From positions 32,001-96,000 of the forward strand of contig JBITAJ010000018.1 of the NCBI GenBank assembly GCA_044440125.1: 64,000 nt of DNA, written 5' to 3'. Shown here piece after piece: positions 45,207-55,666 of this stretch (positions are counted from its first letter, which is position 1; each line of letters opens with the position of its first letter). Source of the stretch: Sedimentisphaeraceae bacterium JB056. GTDB taxonomy: Bacteria; Planctomycetota; Phycisphaerae; Sedimentisphaerales; Sedimentisphaeraceae. The translations under genes were made by a program, and so were the position numbers. The notes below the pieces were generated by a model. It searched no databases. It saw nothing but the letters and a program-made list of their open reading frames with translations, and was not told the DNA's origin.

Positions 45207-46493
45207 ATGAAAAGTACAAGTATTGCAATATTAGCAGCTATAAGTATTTTTACATTTTCAGTATTCGCTGTTTCGCCGGTTCAGTGGACGGCACCGGTTC
45301 CTGACAGTTCTCTTACTGCAGCAGGATTACCTGTGCTTGGTGGAACTACCGACTATACTGTTTATAGTGTTGGGACGACTCTTGGCACATTTAGCCATGG
45401 CGTAAATATGAGTTATGCTAACGGGATAATCTTTGCTACATGGACTTCACATGATGGTTATGAAGGAGCCGCAGGGTCGCGAGTTCTGTATTCAAAATCT
45501 ATAGATGGTGGGCAGACATGGAGTCCTGCAGCAGTGATAATAGATTCTATTGGTACAATGGCTGATCCTCCTGCGACAGGTACAGCTCTTAACAGCAGAA
45601 AAGTCGAAGTTAAAAATGGCAGGATGTATATGTTGGCTTCTGTGCGTGATATAACAAGCTGGGATGGTACAGGTGATGATATTGTTCCTGTAACAACTTA
45701 TCTTGGAATTGTTGGTGTTAACCTTGACAGCAACGGTGATCCTTACGGACCTGTTTTCTGGCTTAAAGATGATGCTCCTGCCGGACATGAATCAATGGAA
45801 GACTGGAACTCTCTTGACAGTGCAACATATCCCTATGCCGTAGAAGATACAAAAGATATTAATGGTGCTCTCAGTGGCGTTTATCATTATATGAGTACTT
45901 ATGATGTTACTGCTTCAGATGGCGCCAGCTTGACTGAGCCGACTTTTTATACATGTAAAGACGGTCAGCAGATATCTCTTTTCAGGACAGGTGATGAGGC
46001 GTTGTCTCTTTATGCTGCCGTGCGTGCTGATTATAATTCTGCGTGGTCAGCTGCAGAGGAAAGCTCTATTCCTGACAGTCACAGTTTGAATGAGGCAACT
46101 GTATTGCCTGATGGCAGTGTTGTTCTTTTAGGTAACAATACGCCGGAACTTTACTACCGTGATGTACTCGTTATTTCTCGCTCTATTGATGGTTACGATT
46201 TTAATCTTGCATGGGCTCTTCGCTATGATCCTCCTGCAATCGTATACAAGAACACTGGCGACCATAAGGGTACTGGATATCAATATCCAGGTTCCGTTCT
46301 TGTGGGTGATAATCTATGGGTAGGATATTCAGAGAACAAAGAGAGTGTCGGAGTTACAAAGATTCCATTGTCAAGAATCATGCGTCCGTTTGCTGATCTT
46401 ACCTCTGATGATGCAGTTGACTATTTCGACTTTATTGAAACAGGAAGTTTCCTGAATGATTGCGGTGATCCAGCGGATCCTAACTGCATCTAA
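45207..46493 (+). CDS. Secreted sialidase-like beta-propeller, paralog C, with degenerate half-dockerin tail
   Basis: FSHG, Asp-box SIDGGQTW, TEPT, IPDS, RD.L..S.DG..F and GDHKGTGYQYP motifs. Tail ADLTSDDAVDYFDF...CGDPADPNC. Confidence 0.75.
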   Translation: MKSTSIAILAAISIFTFSVFAVSPVQWTAPVPDSSLTAAGLPVLGGTTDYTVYSVGTTLGTFSHGVNMSYANGIIFATWTSHDGYEGAAGSRVLYSKSIDGGQTWSPAAVIIDSIGTMADPPATGTALNSRKVEVKNGRMYMLASVRDITSWDGTGDDIVPVTTYLGIVGVNLDSNGDPYGPVFWLKDDAPAGHESMEDWNSLDSATYPYAVEDTKDINGALSGVYHYMSTYDVTASDGASLTEPTFYTCKDGQQISLFRTGDEALSLYAAVRADYNSAWSAAEESSIPDSHSLNEATVLPDGSVVLLGNNTPELYYRDVLVISRSIDGYDFNLAWALRYDPPAIVYKNTGDHKGTGYQYPGSVLVGDNLWVGYSENKESVGVTKIPLSRIMRPFADLTSDDAVDYFDFIETGSFLNDCGDPADPNCI

Positions 46494-46526
46494 TTCTGAA
46501 CTAAGTCTTACCAACATGGAGAATCA

Positions 46527-48179
46527 ATGAACCGACGTGATTTTATAGAAAGTTTTGCTGGAACATCTCTGGCCGCAGCATCAACAGCTTTTGCTGCGGC
46601 ACAGGGAGGTTCGACTGAAAAGTCTTCTATGCCGAAGTTTGCGAATCAATCTTCTGTAAGACACAAGAAGCCTAATGTATTGATACTTATGACAGATCAG
46701 CAGAGGCCTGATTCTCTTGGTTGTTATGGTTCAAAAATAGCTAAGACGCCAAATATTGACAGTCTTGCCAATGGCGGGGTGCTCTTTGAAAACTGTTATG
46801 TGCAAAATCCTCTATGCTGTCCATCACGATATACCATGCTTACCGGACAATATCCTCATAGTCATGGAGTAATGTCGAATTGGTATAAGCCGCGTGAAGG
46901 ATTGAAGAGTTTTGCTCATGTCCTTGGCTCTGCCGGTTATCAGAGTGCAGCAATAGGAAAGATGCATCTAACTCCGTGGTATGATAACTTTGGTTTTGAC
47001 GGTAGAATCATCGCTGAGCCAAAGATGGAAGTAGGGCATCAGGATGATTATGGTACTTTTATAAATAAGCATGGATATACTCGTGAACAGATGTATCCGT
47101 GGAATGATAAGTTTCTTAAACAATGCACTGCAATAGACTCTAATGTTCCTGCGGAACTGCATATAGACTCTTTTGTAGGTAAGAGTGTCTGTGAATATCT
47201 CAATAGAATTGATGAAGATATTCCGTTCTGTTGTATGGGGTCTTTTGTAAGTCCTCATAATCCGTACGATCCGCCTGAGCCTTATAATAAGCTTTTTAAG
47301 GATACGAAGTTTCCGCCTAAAAATATGGGCAAAGATGAGATTAATGAAAAGCCCAGAGAAGCTTATGATTATATAAATGAAGTGCTAAGTGCGGATTGGG
47401 GAGTGACGACAGATAAGTTTTCTGACGAGCAGCTTCATCGCATAAAAGCCAACTATTACGGGCTTAATACATTGATTGATGACTGGATCGGAAAGATTAT
47501 AGATACCCTTAAGGAAAAAGGCATCTATGACAATACTATAATCATATACACCTCCGATCATGGTGATTTGCTTGGCGACCATGGATTGATATTCAAGCAG
47601 TGCTTTTATGAGCAGAGTGTAAAGGTTCCATTAATTATCCATGCTCCTGCTTATTTTGAGTCGGGGCGTGTAAATGATTTAGTGGAACTGAAGGATATCT
47701 ACAGCACCGTTTGTGAGATGGGCAGTGCAAGACCGGGAAAAGAAGCACAGTCAAAAAGCCTGATGCCTTTGCTCAAGAGAGAAAAAGGTTACGTGCATAA
47801 TGATGCTGTCTTTTCCGAAAATTATTTCGGCAAGATGATAAGAACCGGTCCTTGGAAGCTTGTTTACTACATAGGCAAAGATTATGGTGAGCTTTACAAT
47901 CTTGATAAGGATCCTCTTGAGCAGGATAATCTTTGGGATAAGAAGTCATATGCCGATATAAAGTCTGAACTGAAGTCTCGGCTGCTTGACTGGATGGCGA
48001 TATCCCAGAAATCATTGTACTTCCCAGTCCGTGACAAGCATCATGATATCAGTTACGCAGAATATGTTCAATCTGATGGAAGAGCTAAAAAGGTTGACGT
48101 TCAACCATGGTTTTTGAATGGTTTTGAAGACCTTTACGAGAAATGGGATTTTACGACAACATTGAATAAAACGATATAG
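46527..48179 (+). CDS. Tat-exported sulfatase
   Basis: NRRDFI Tat signal; TDQQR, CCPSR..LTG, GKMH, PH.P and TSDHGD motifs. Confidence 0.93.
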   Translation: MNRRDFIESFAGTSLAAASTAFAAAQGGSTEKSSMPKFANQSSVRHKKPNVLILMTDQQRPDSLGCYGSKIAKTPNIDSLANGGVLFENCYVQNPLCCPSRYTMLTGQYPHSHGVMSNWYKPREGLKSFAHVLGSAGYQSAAIGKMHLTPWYDNFGFDGRIIAEPKMEVGHQDDYGTFINKHGYTREQMYPWNDKFLKQCTAIDSNVPAELHIDSFVGKSVCEYLNRIDEDIPFCCMGSFVSPHNPYDPPEPYNKLFKDTKFPPKNMGKDEINEKPREAYDYINEVLSADWGVTTDKFSDEQLHRIKANYYGLNTLIDDWIGKIIDTLKEKGIYDNTIIIYTSDHGDLLGDHGLIFKQCFYEQSVKVPLIIHAPAYFESGRVNDLVELKDIYSTVCEMGSARPGKEAQSKSLMPLLKREKGYVHNDAVFSENYFGKMIRTGPWKLVYYIGKDYGELYNLDKDPLEQDNLWDKKSYADIKSELKSRLLDWMAISQKSLYFPVRDKHHDISYAEYVQSDGRAKKVDVQPWFLNGFEDLYEKWDFTTTLNKTI

Positions 48180-48185
48180 AAACAG

Positions 48186-49598
48186 ATGAAAAAGAAACCG
48201 AATATTGTATATATATTAGCTGATGATTTGGGTTATGGCGATTTAGGCTGCTACGGAGCAGAAAAAATCCCTACCCCGAATATTGATGCTATAGCCAAAG
48301 AGGGAATGCGTTTCAGTGATGCGCATTCATCTTCCGCGGTCTGTACGCCAAGCCGGTACAGTATTCTTACAGGGCGTTATTGCTGGAGAAGCCGGTTGAA
48401 AGAGGGCGTACTTGGCGGTTTCTCACTTCCTCTCATAGAAGATGGCAGAGCAACCGCTGCTTCAGTATTGGAGTCTGCCGGTTACAACACAGCCTGTATT
48501 GGGAAGTGGCATCTTGGTTTGAAGTGGTACACCAAAGACGGAAGCCCCAAATACAGTGATGGTCAAGGTGATTATTTTGACAGTTGGAATACAGAGACAG
48601 GTTTTGATGTCGATTATCAGCGTGGGTTCGAAAAGGGGCCGCTGGATTATGGGTTTGATTCCTTTTTTGGGATTGCCGGCTCTCTTGATATGCCTCCATA
48701 CTGTTTTCTTGAAGACGACAAGTGTGCGGATATTCCAACGAAGGAAAAGGATATTTATTATCCCCAGCAAAGACGCGGTCTTATGTCTGATAATTGGGAT
48801 GATAAACTTTGCGATTATACATTTGCTATGAAAGCTGTTGATTATCTTGATTCTCGGGCAAAAGCAGATTCAGAGGATCCATTCTTTCTTTATTTGCCTA
48901 CAGCCGCGCCGCATAGACCTTGCTTGCCGCCCGATTTCATGGAAGGTGCAAGTGATGCCGGTGATAAGGGTGATATGGTGGCGATGTTCGATTGGGTAGT
49001 CGGTCAGGTGGTCGATACTCTTAAAAAGAACGGGCAATGGGATAATACATTGCTGATTGTTACAAGCGATAATGGTGCAAGGCGTTACTGTTTTAATGGT
49101 GAGGATTACGGACACAAACCAAACGGAAATCTTCGCGGTCAGAAGGCCGATATATGGGAAGGTGGACACCGAGAGCCATTGATAGTTACATGGCCGGCAG
49201 TGGTGGAAGCTGATTCTGTATGCGAAAAAATGGTTTGTTTGTCTGATTTTGTGGCAACTTGTTTCGATTTGGCAGATATCGATAAACCTTCGAATGTTGC
49301 AGAAGACAGTTGTTCCATGATGCCTTTACTATCGGGTAAACCTGGTGATTACGAAAGAAAGAATCTGATACATCACTCATTTTGGGGATGTTTTGCCATA
49401 AGAAAAGGTGATTGGAAGCTTGTTACCTCTCTTGGCTCCGGCGGGTTTACTGAACCGGTATCTGAGGAGCAGGTAGAAGGCGGTCCGGAAGGACAACTTT
49501 ACAATATTGCTGAAGATATTGAAGAAAAAGAGAATCTGTGGCTTAAAGAGCCTCAAATAAGGCAAAGCTTGATTGAATTGTTAAACAGTTTAATGTAA
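48186..49598 (+). CDS. Arylsulfatase-family sulfatase, no signal peptide
   Basis: ADDLGYGD, CTPSRYSILTG, GKWHLG, TSDNG and RGQKADIWEGGHR motifs. Confidence 0.95.
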   Translation: MKKKPNIVYILADDLGYGDLGCYGAEKIPTPNIDAIAKEGMRFSDAHSSSAVCTPSRYSILTGRYCWRSRLKEGVLGGFSLPLIEDGRATAASVLESAGYNTACIGKWHLGLKWYTKDGSPKYSDGQGDYFDSWNTETGFDVDYQRGFEKGPLDYGFDSFFGIAGSLDMPPYCFLEDDKCADIPTKEKDIYYPQQRRGLMSDNWDDKLCDYTFAMKAVDYLDSRAKADSEDPFFLYLPTAAPHRPCLPPDFMEGASDAGDKGDMVAMFDWVVGQVVDTLKKNGQWDNTLLIVTSDNGARRYCFNGEDYGHKPNGNLRGQKADIWEGGHREPLIVTWPAVVEADSVCEKMVCLSDFVATCFDLADIDKPSNVAEDSCSMMPLLSGKPGDYERKNLIHHSFWGCFAIRKGDWKLVTSLGSGGFTEPVSEEQVEGGPEGQLYNIAEDIEEKENLWLKEPQIRQSLIELLNSLM

Positions 49599-49670
49599 AA
49601 TACTGCATTTTTAGTGAGATTAATAATCTGATACCGACTTGGTATAATAAAATATGAAAGTTAATAGAGT

Positions 49671-51017
49671 ATGAATAGAATGTTTCCTGAAAATTTCTTA
49701 TGGGGTTGTGCCAGTTCCTCTTATCAGGTGGAAGGCGGAGCCGCTCAAGATGGACGCGGTGAGAGTATATGGGATGTGTTCTCTCATCAGCCGGGAAATA
49801 TCAAGGATAATCACAACGGCGATGTGAGCGTTGACCAATACAATAGGTACCCTGAAGATGTTGCTATCATGAAGAATATGGGTCTCAATGCTTATCGTTT
49901 TTCTTTGTCATGGTCTCGATTGCTCCCAACGGGAAGAGGCGAGATTAATCAGGCGGGTGTTGATTATTACAATCGTCTGATTGACAGTCTGCTTGAAGCT
50001 GATATTGAACCGTGGATAACACTGTTCCACTGGGATCTACCTCAGGCATTGCAGGAAGATTTTGGCGGTTGGGAGTCTAAGGTAGTTGTTGATTACTTTG
50101 CTGATTATGCTCGCCTTGTGGCAGAGAAATATTCTGACAGGGTGAAGAATTACTTTACGCTCAATGAGTTCTTCTGTTTTACCGATAAGAGTTACGGCAC
50201 ATGTGAATTTGCTCCGGGAATAAAACTTGACCGTAAAGGCCTCAACCAGGTACGGCATAATTCTCTTCTGGCTCATGGTAAGTCGGTCAAGGCCCTGCGA
50301 GAAGCGGCGGTTTCAGAAATTAATGTAGGTCTGGCTGATAATCCAAGGATATTCGTGCCTGCTATAGAGACCCAGGAGTATATTGATGCGGCTCAAAAGG
50401 CTATGAGAATACAGAATGCACCGTTTATGACAACCATTCTGGAAGGTGCGTATCCGCAGGAGTATCTCGAGCAGCAAGGGGCTGATTCTCCAGAGTTTAC
50501 AGATGAAGAGATGAATATAATCTCTGAGAAGATAGATTTTGTAGGCATAAATGCTTATTATCCTATGTATGTCCGTCCTGCAGACAATAAGCTTGGTTAT
50601 GAGATTATAGATGCTCCTAAAGAGTACCCAACTATGGGAGCTGATTGGATTAAATTTGGTCCTCAGATAATATACTGGGCAGTACGGCATGTCAATGAGA
50701 TATGGGATGTTGACAATATCTACATAAGCGAAAACGGCTGTGCGGCGACAGATGAAATCAATGAAAATCGAGAGATTCTCGATGTTGACAGGATTGCCTA
50801 TCTCAGAGAGCATCTCAACAGTGCTTTGAGAGTGATTGAAGAGGGCTATCCGCTTAACGGATATTTTCTGTGGAGCTATATTGATAATTTTGAATGGGCA
50901 GATGGATATAACTATCGATTTGGCATTGTATATGTTGATTACAAAACATTAGAGAGAATACCTAAGCTCAGTGCAGAGTTTTACAAGAATGTAATAACCG
51001 CAAATGCACTTGTTTAG
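49671..51017 (+). CDS. GH1 beta-glucosidase
   Basis: FLWG.A.SSYQVEG, YRFSLSWSR, TLFHWDLP, TLNE acid/base, ISENG nucleophile and DNFEW motifs. Confidence 0.96.
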   Translation: MNRMFPENFLWGCASSSYQVEGGAAQDGRGESIWDVFSHQPGNIKDNHNGDVSVDQYNRYPEDVAIMKNMGLNAYRFSLSWSRLLPTGRGEINQAGVDYYNRLIDSLLEADIEPWITLFHWDLPQALQEDFGGWESKVVVDYFADYARLVAEKYSDRVKNYFTLNEFFCFTDKSYGTCEFAPGIKLDRKGLNQVRHNSLLAHGKSVKALREAAVSEINVGLADNPRIFVPAIETQEYIDAAQKAMRIQNAPFMTTILEGAYPQEYLEQQGADSPEFTDEEMNIISEKIDFVGINAYYPMYVRPADNKLGYEIIDAPKEYPTMGADWIKFGPQIIYWAVRHVNEIWDVDNIYISENGCAATDEINENREILDVDRIAYLREHLNSALRVIEEGYPLNGYFLWSYIDNFEWADGYNYRFGIVYVDYKTLERIPKLSAEFYKNVITANALV

Positions 51018-51051
51018 TTGAATTAATTGTAATTATTTTGGATATACTATT

Positions 51052-52095
51052 ATGGCAGCACTTGTTGAAAAAGTAGCATCAAAAGCCGGCGTTTCGATCG
51101 CGACGGTATCAAGGGTGATGAATAATCATCCTAACGTCTCAAATGATAAAGTTGAGATGGTTAGAAAAGCGATCAAAGACCTTAATATAAACAAAGCTAT
51201 AACGCGAGGAAGCAAGTCGCTTAGAAGTGCAAATACAGTAGCTTTCGTTGTGACAAACAGAAATGCAGCAACGTCTTACTCTTATGTATTGACAGAGACG
51301 ATACATAGAGTATCCGAAGTGCTTGCTGATCGTGGTTACAACACTATTCTTGCCGATATATCAGAAGGCAAGGAGCTGCCAAGAATCTTTACGACATCAA
51401 GTGTAGCGGGAATGATACTTTCTGGTGATATAAAGAGCGAGAAGGTATTGAGTCAGATAAAGGATATCCCGCAGGTATGGGTGACATCACACTATTCAGA
51501 AGGTAAGGATATTGCTCTGGCAGGTAATGAAGCAGTTGGAAGAGTAGCAGCTCAATATGTACTTTCACGAGGACATAAAAGCGCTTTGCTTGTCAGTCCT
51601 TTCCGTTCGGAACCTTATAACAGCCGTTGTGATTTCTTTGAATATACCTGCATGCGAAACAATATAGAAGTTTCACGTATGAACTGTAATTTCAAAATGC
51701 CGGGTAAAAATGAAATACTTGATATGAATTGGTTTAATAGTGTGGCGTATGATTTAGCCAAGAAATTCCTCGGACTTGAGAATAGACCTACAAGTGTTTT
51801 TATACCGAGTGATATGATAACAGGTTCTTTTTATCGAGGTCTTTATGAAAATGGTGTTATACCAGGTAAAGACTTCGAGGTGATCTCGTGCGGCAATGAT
51901 TTGCTTATACTTGCTTCCTTATACCCGATTCCAACGACTATTGATATAGGTCCTAAGCTTATGGCAGAGAGAGCCGTTGAGCAGCTCTTGTGGCGAATAA
52001 ATAACCAGGAAGAAGAACGTAACTTCAAGGCTTTTATTGAGCCTATACTGATAAAGAGTCCAGATATAAAATCAGAGAAATTTGGACAAGAATAA
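51052..52095 (+). CDS. LacI family transcriptional regulator
   Basis: VASKAGVSIATVSRVMN HTH plus effector domain. Confidence 0.93.
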   Translation: MAALVEKVASKAGVSIATVSRVMNNHPNVSNDKVEMVRKAIKDLNINKAITRGSKSLRSANTVAFVVTNRNAATSYSYVLTETIHRVSEVLADRGYNTILADISEGKELPRIFTTSSVAGMILSGDIKSEKVLSQIKDIPQVWVTSHYSEGKDIALAGNEAVGRVAAQYVLSRGHKSALLVSPFRSEPYNSRCDFFEYTCMRNNIEVSRMNCNFKMPGKNEILDMNWFNSVAYDLAKKFLGLENRPTSVFIPSDMITGSFYRGLYENGVIPGKDFEVISCGNDLLILASLYPIPTTIDIGPKLMAERAVEQLLWRINNQEEERNFKAFIEPILIKSPDIKSEKFGQE

Positions 52096-52119
52096 TAACT
52101 TTTACAGAAAAGAAACACC

Positions 52120-53046
52120 ATGGAAACTCACAAATTACCAAAGGGGTTGTGGCCTGTAATGCTTACTCCTTTCAATGAGGATAAAAGCATTAACTATAGA
52201 GAGTATGAGAGCCTGATTAATTATTATATAGATAATTCTGCTGCTGGTTTGTTTGCAAGCTGTGGATCGAGCGAGATGGATATGCTTAGCGGAGACGAAC
52301 TGTTCGAATTGGCAGCTAAGGCTGTTGAGTTCGCGGGAGGGCGTGTACCTGTTGTGGCAGGTGCAATAATAATTGATGAATTGCCGAAACAGATTGACAT
52401 GGTTAAGAGAATGGCTCAAAGCGGTGTTGATACGGTTGTTATCGGTATGTCACAATTTGCCAGAGAAGATGAGAGTGAAGATACAATAATATCTCGAATT
52501 GATTCTTTAATCAGTGAGACCGAAGGCATAAGACTTGGTCTCTATGAGTGTCCGCATCCTTACAGGAGAACATTTTCTTCTGATAAATTTGACTATTTGA
52601 TTAATACCGGAAGATTTTATTTTCACAAGGATACCTGCTGTGAGGCAGAAGGTATAAGTGCGAAAGTAAAATCAACTATAAATTCAAATACTATATTTTT
52701 GAATGCACATTTCCCTACATTGGAACATTCACTGAAATGCGGTGGTGATGGGTATTGTGGTGTGGTTACTAATTTCTTTCCTGATTTGCTGGCTTATATT
52801 TGTGAGAATTATTTTGAGACGCAGCAGATCGATCAGGCTGTAATGGATTTTATTTCTTCCGCTGATGAAGTTGTTAGAAATAAATATCCGAGAAGCGCTA
52901 AAATGTTCATTAATAGAAATGCTGGTATCATTACGGATTGTTGTCGTACTGGTGTTGAGTTTTTTAATGATACAGATCTTAAACTTGTGGATATGTTTAT
53001 ACAGAAATATAAGACTGTTCAGGAGAGTGTGTTTATAGCAAAATAG
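52120..53046 (+). CDS. DHDPS/NAL-family class I aldolase/lyase (not DapA)
   Basis: PVMLTPF, CGSSE, GRVPVVAG, LYECP.PY, Schiff-base lysine in FHKDTCC. Confidence 0.88.
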   Translation: METHKLPKGLWPVMLTPFNEDKSINYREYESLINYYIDNSAAGLFASCGSSEMDMLSGDELFELAAKAVEFAGGRVPVVAGAIIIDELPKQIDMVKRMAQSGVDTVVIGMSQFAREDESEDTIISRIDSLISETEGIRLGLYECPHPYRRTFSSDKFDYLINTGRFYFHKDTCCEAEGISAKVKSTINSNTIFLNAHFPTLEHSLKCGGDGYCGVVTNFFPDLLAYICENYFETQQIDQAVMDFISSADEVVRNKYPRSAKMFINRNAGIITDCCRTGVEFFNDTDLKLVDMFIQKYKTVQESVFIAK

Positions 53047-53095
53047 TTGTATTTTCGTTTTGCTGTTTGTTTATCAGAAGATTAGTACAAAATTT

Positions 53096-53141
53096 AATTA
53101 AGGCCTAAGAGTTACTATATTCTCTTGGGCCTTAATTTTAT
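53096..53141 (+). terminator. Rho-independent terminator candidate
   Basis: AATTAAGGCCTAAGAG-N10-CTCTTGGGCCTTAATT followed by T-rich sequence. Confidence 0.65.
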
Positions 53142-53234
53142 GCAGTTTGATAAGATGTCGTTGCTGACGCATTATACGCTTAAAAGATTGTTTGGGCGGT
53201 TATGATAAAATTAAATATTAATTATGGAGTTTTT

Positions 53235-54179
53235 ATGCTTTGCGAAAAGAAATATATAGTTGAGAGATACAAGGACAATCCTATTCTGACCAAGGATGAT
53301 TTTCCTAATGATATCGTTTCTGTTTTCAACAGTTGTGTTGTAAAGAAAAGTGATAACGAATACGTGATGATTTGCCGTTGTGAGGATTCATCATTCGGCA
53401 GATATATGTGGGTTGCAGACAGCACTGACGGAATAAAATTTACTCCGCGTCCCAAACCTCTTGCTATGCCTACAGATAATCCTGTTTTTGACCATTATGT
53501 TCATCCTACGAAGTCATATTGGGATCCGCGAGTTACCAGACTTGAAGGTCAGTACTATATTGTTCATGCCGCTGATGTTACCAATGGTGCAAGCTGTCAA
53601 ATAGGCCTGTTCAAGATTGATGATGATTTTGAGAAACTCGACTGGATGGGAATTATCAGTGAACCGGATAACCGCAACGGCTTATTGTTTCCTGAAAAGA
53701 TAAACGGCCTTTACTATCGTCTCGACCGTCCAAACGATAACGGCGGGTTTGATATCTGGTGCTGTTCAAGCCCAGATCTGATTCATTGGGGCAATCCCAG
53801 ACGTGTGCTTGACAAGAGCCCTCTGGGCTGGGGTGAAAAGAAGATTGGTCCCGGTGCAGTGCCTATTAAAACAGATAAAGGCTGGCTGTGTCTTATTCAC
53901 GGCGTGAGAAGACAATGTACTGATGAAGTTTACAGTATCGGCGTGATGCTTCTTGATCTTCAAGACCCGTCAAAGGTTGTTGGCGTAAGTAAGAGGGCGA
54001 TAATAGCTCCTGAAGAACCTTATGAACTGATGGGACAAAGTATGAACGTGGTATTTACCAATGGTGCAGTACTCGAAGATGACGGCACAGTGAAAATCTA
54101 CTACGGAGGAGCGGATCAGGTACAGTGTCTTGCGACAGCAAAACTCGATGATCTCATCTACTCATGCCTGAATGAGTAA
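53235..54179 (+). CDS. GH130 family glycoside phosphorylase/mannosidase
   Basis: NPIL, VFNS, DPRV, DNRNG.LFPEKING, KIGPG..PIKT..GWL...HGV, NVVF and YYGGAD motifs. Confidence 0.93.
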   Translation: MLCEKKYIVERYKDNPILTKDDFPNDIVSVFNSCVVKKSDNEYVMICRCEDSSFGRYMWVADSTDGIKFTPRPKPLAMPTDNPVFDHYVHPTKSYWDPRVTRLEGQYYIVHAADVTNGASCQIGLFKIDDDFEKLDWMGIISEPDNRNGLLFPEKINGLYYRLDRPNDNGGFDIWCCSSPDLIHWGNPRRVLDKSPLGWGEKKIGPGAVPIKTDKGWLCLIHGVRRQCTDEVYSIGVMLLDLQDPSKVVGVSKRAIIAPEEPYELMGQSMNVVFTNGAVLEDDGTVKIYYGGADQVQCLATAKLDDLIYSCLNE

Positions 54180-54242
54180 GATTTTGTAAAATTAAGGGGA
54201 AATAGTCCTTGGGAAAGCCATTGTTCTGAATGTGATTATTGC

Positions 54243-54309
54243 CAAGAAAAGTTTTCTTGAATAATTTCCTGAAAATATTCTTGACTTCTATTCACGGTCG
54301 TGATACTAT
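54243..54309 (+). promoter_or_regulatory. Sigma70 promoter (probably leaderless) with upstream palindromes
   Basis: TTGACT at 54281, 17-bp spacer, TACTAT at 54304-54309 with extended TG. ATG starts 7 nt later. CAAGAAAA-G-TTTTCTTG at 54243-54259. Confidence 0.65.
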
Positions 54310-54315
54310 CTGTAT

Positions 54316-55368
54316 ATGGCTTCAGTAATAGACATAGCGAAGGAAGCTGGGGTTTCCCAGGCGACTGTTTCCCGTGTAATAAACGGTAACAGTAAGGTCA
54401 GCAGTGAAAATGTTGCGAAAGTTGAGCATGCAATGGATCTGCTGGGTTACAATCCTCGTCGTAGAGGAGGAAAGCGAGTTAATGGGCTTTCTGCGAGTTC
54501 TGTAAATGTTGCAGTCATGATACTCTCGTATGACATATTTCAAGATTATTCCCATATTTTCAATTCACTTTTGAGATCTATTAGCCATTCATTGAGTGAG
54601 CAGGGTCTCAATGCTATTCAGACTTTTGTTTTCACTAAAGATCAAATACCTCCTGCCGTTAAAAATGGGCATGTTGCGGGTGTAATCCTTGGTGGTACCA
54701 GTCCTCAGCCGGAAGTTCTGGAAGAATTGAAAGATTATCCGCAGGTATGGATTTCCTCAAGGCATGATCAGGGCGGCGATACCGCGTTGGTTGGTAATGA
54801 GGTTATAGGTCAGATGGCCAAGGATTATTTGGTTGGAAGGGGACACCGACATCTTGCTTTTCTTTGCGCTACAGTTAATCATCCTGCACTTATTGCAAGA
54901 GGTTCTTTTTTTGAATTTGCAGCAAAGAAAGATGGCTTGGAAGTTGATGTGATAACATCATCTAATGATATGCTGCCAGCAGATTTTAAGGATCTTGAAG
55001 ATTATCTTGAGGATTTGGTTATAAAATTTATTGCACTTAAAGAGCGGCCTACTGGTATTTTTATACCTATGGATATGCAGGTGGCAATAGTTTACAGATT
55101 GTTTAAGAAGCATGGTATTGAGGTTGGAAGAGATGTTGAGATAGTTGGATGTGAAAATGATAAAGTTGCACTTATGGGGCTTTATCCACGTCCGGCAACG
55201 ATTGATGTAGGTGCCGATGCAATGGGCAGGCAGGCTGTAGAGCTTCTTCTTTGGAGAATTATGAATCCAGATGAAGCCAAGCGGGTTTGCATTTCTGTGG
55301 TACCCGAGCTGATAGATGGGGAAACATTAGAAGCTTCTTCATCAAGAGAGCTCTGTGAATGTCTTTAA
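54316..55368 (+). CDS. LacI family transcriptional regulator
   Basis: DIAKEAGVSQATVSRVIN HTH. Paralog of 51052 (PQVW.S, AL.GNE, P.TID.G). Confidence 0.95.
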   Translation: MASVIDIAKEAGVSQATVSRVINGNSKVSSENVAKVEHAMDLLGYNPRRRGGKRVNGLSASSVNVAVMILSYDIFQDYSHIFNSLLRSISHSLSEQGLNAIQTFVFTKDQIPPAVKNGHVAGVILGGTSPQPEVLEELKDYPQVWISSRHDQGGDTALVGNEVIGQMAKDYLVGRGHRHLAFLCATVNHPALIARGSFFEFAAKKDGLEVDVITSSNDMLPADFKDLEDYLEDLVIKFIALKERPTGIFIPMDMQVAIVYRLFKKHGIEVGRDVEIVGCENDKVALMGLYPRPATIDVGADAMGRQAVELLLWRIMNPDEAKRVCISVVPELIDGETLEASSSRELCECL

Positions 55369-55666
55369 TATATTTAGGGGCTTTATTTTTATAGGGACAA
55401 GACTGAAAAAGGCAAACTGGTGAATCCGCTAAAATTACACCCAGTCTGCCTAAAAGATACAAAAACCCATTAAGTTTATATTTAGGGCCTTTGTATGCGC
55501 TGATTTTAAGATTTATAACCGGCAATGCAAGTTTAAAATATAAACTTTATATGGAAGGATAAGTGTGTGGTTGATTCGCACATTAAGTTTTATAGAGTTA
55601 AAATATTTTAATGAATGTTGGTTTTCGAGGCAATTTATTGTGTAACTTAACGAAAGGAATGTTGTA

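Noticed and set aside
52120..53046. dapA or nanA assignment for the DHDPS-family genes
   Set aside because: They lack the GTTGE/GSTGE motif, and no nanE/nanK or lysine-pathway neighbours are present.
55410..55451. GGCAAAC-containing hairpin as a c-di-GMP-I riboswitch
   Set aside because: No GAAA tetraloop/receptor or second stem is visible. It is a simple imperfect hairpin after the LacI gene.
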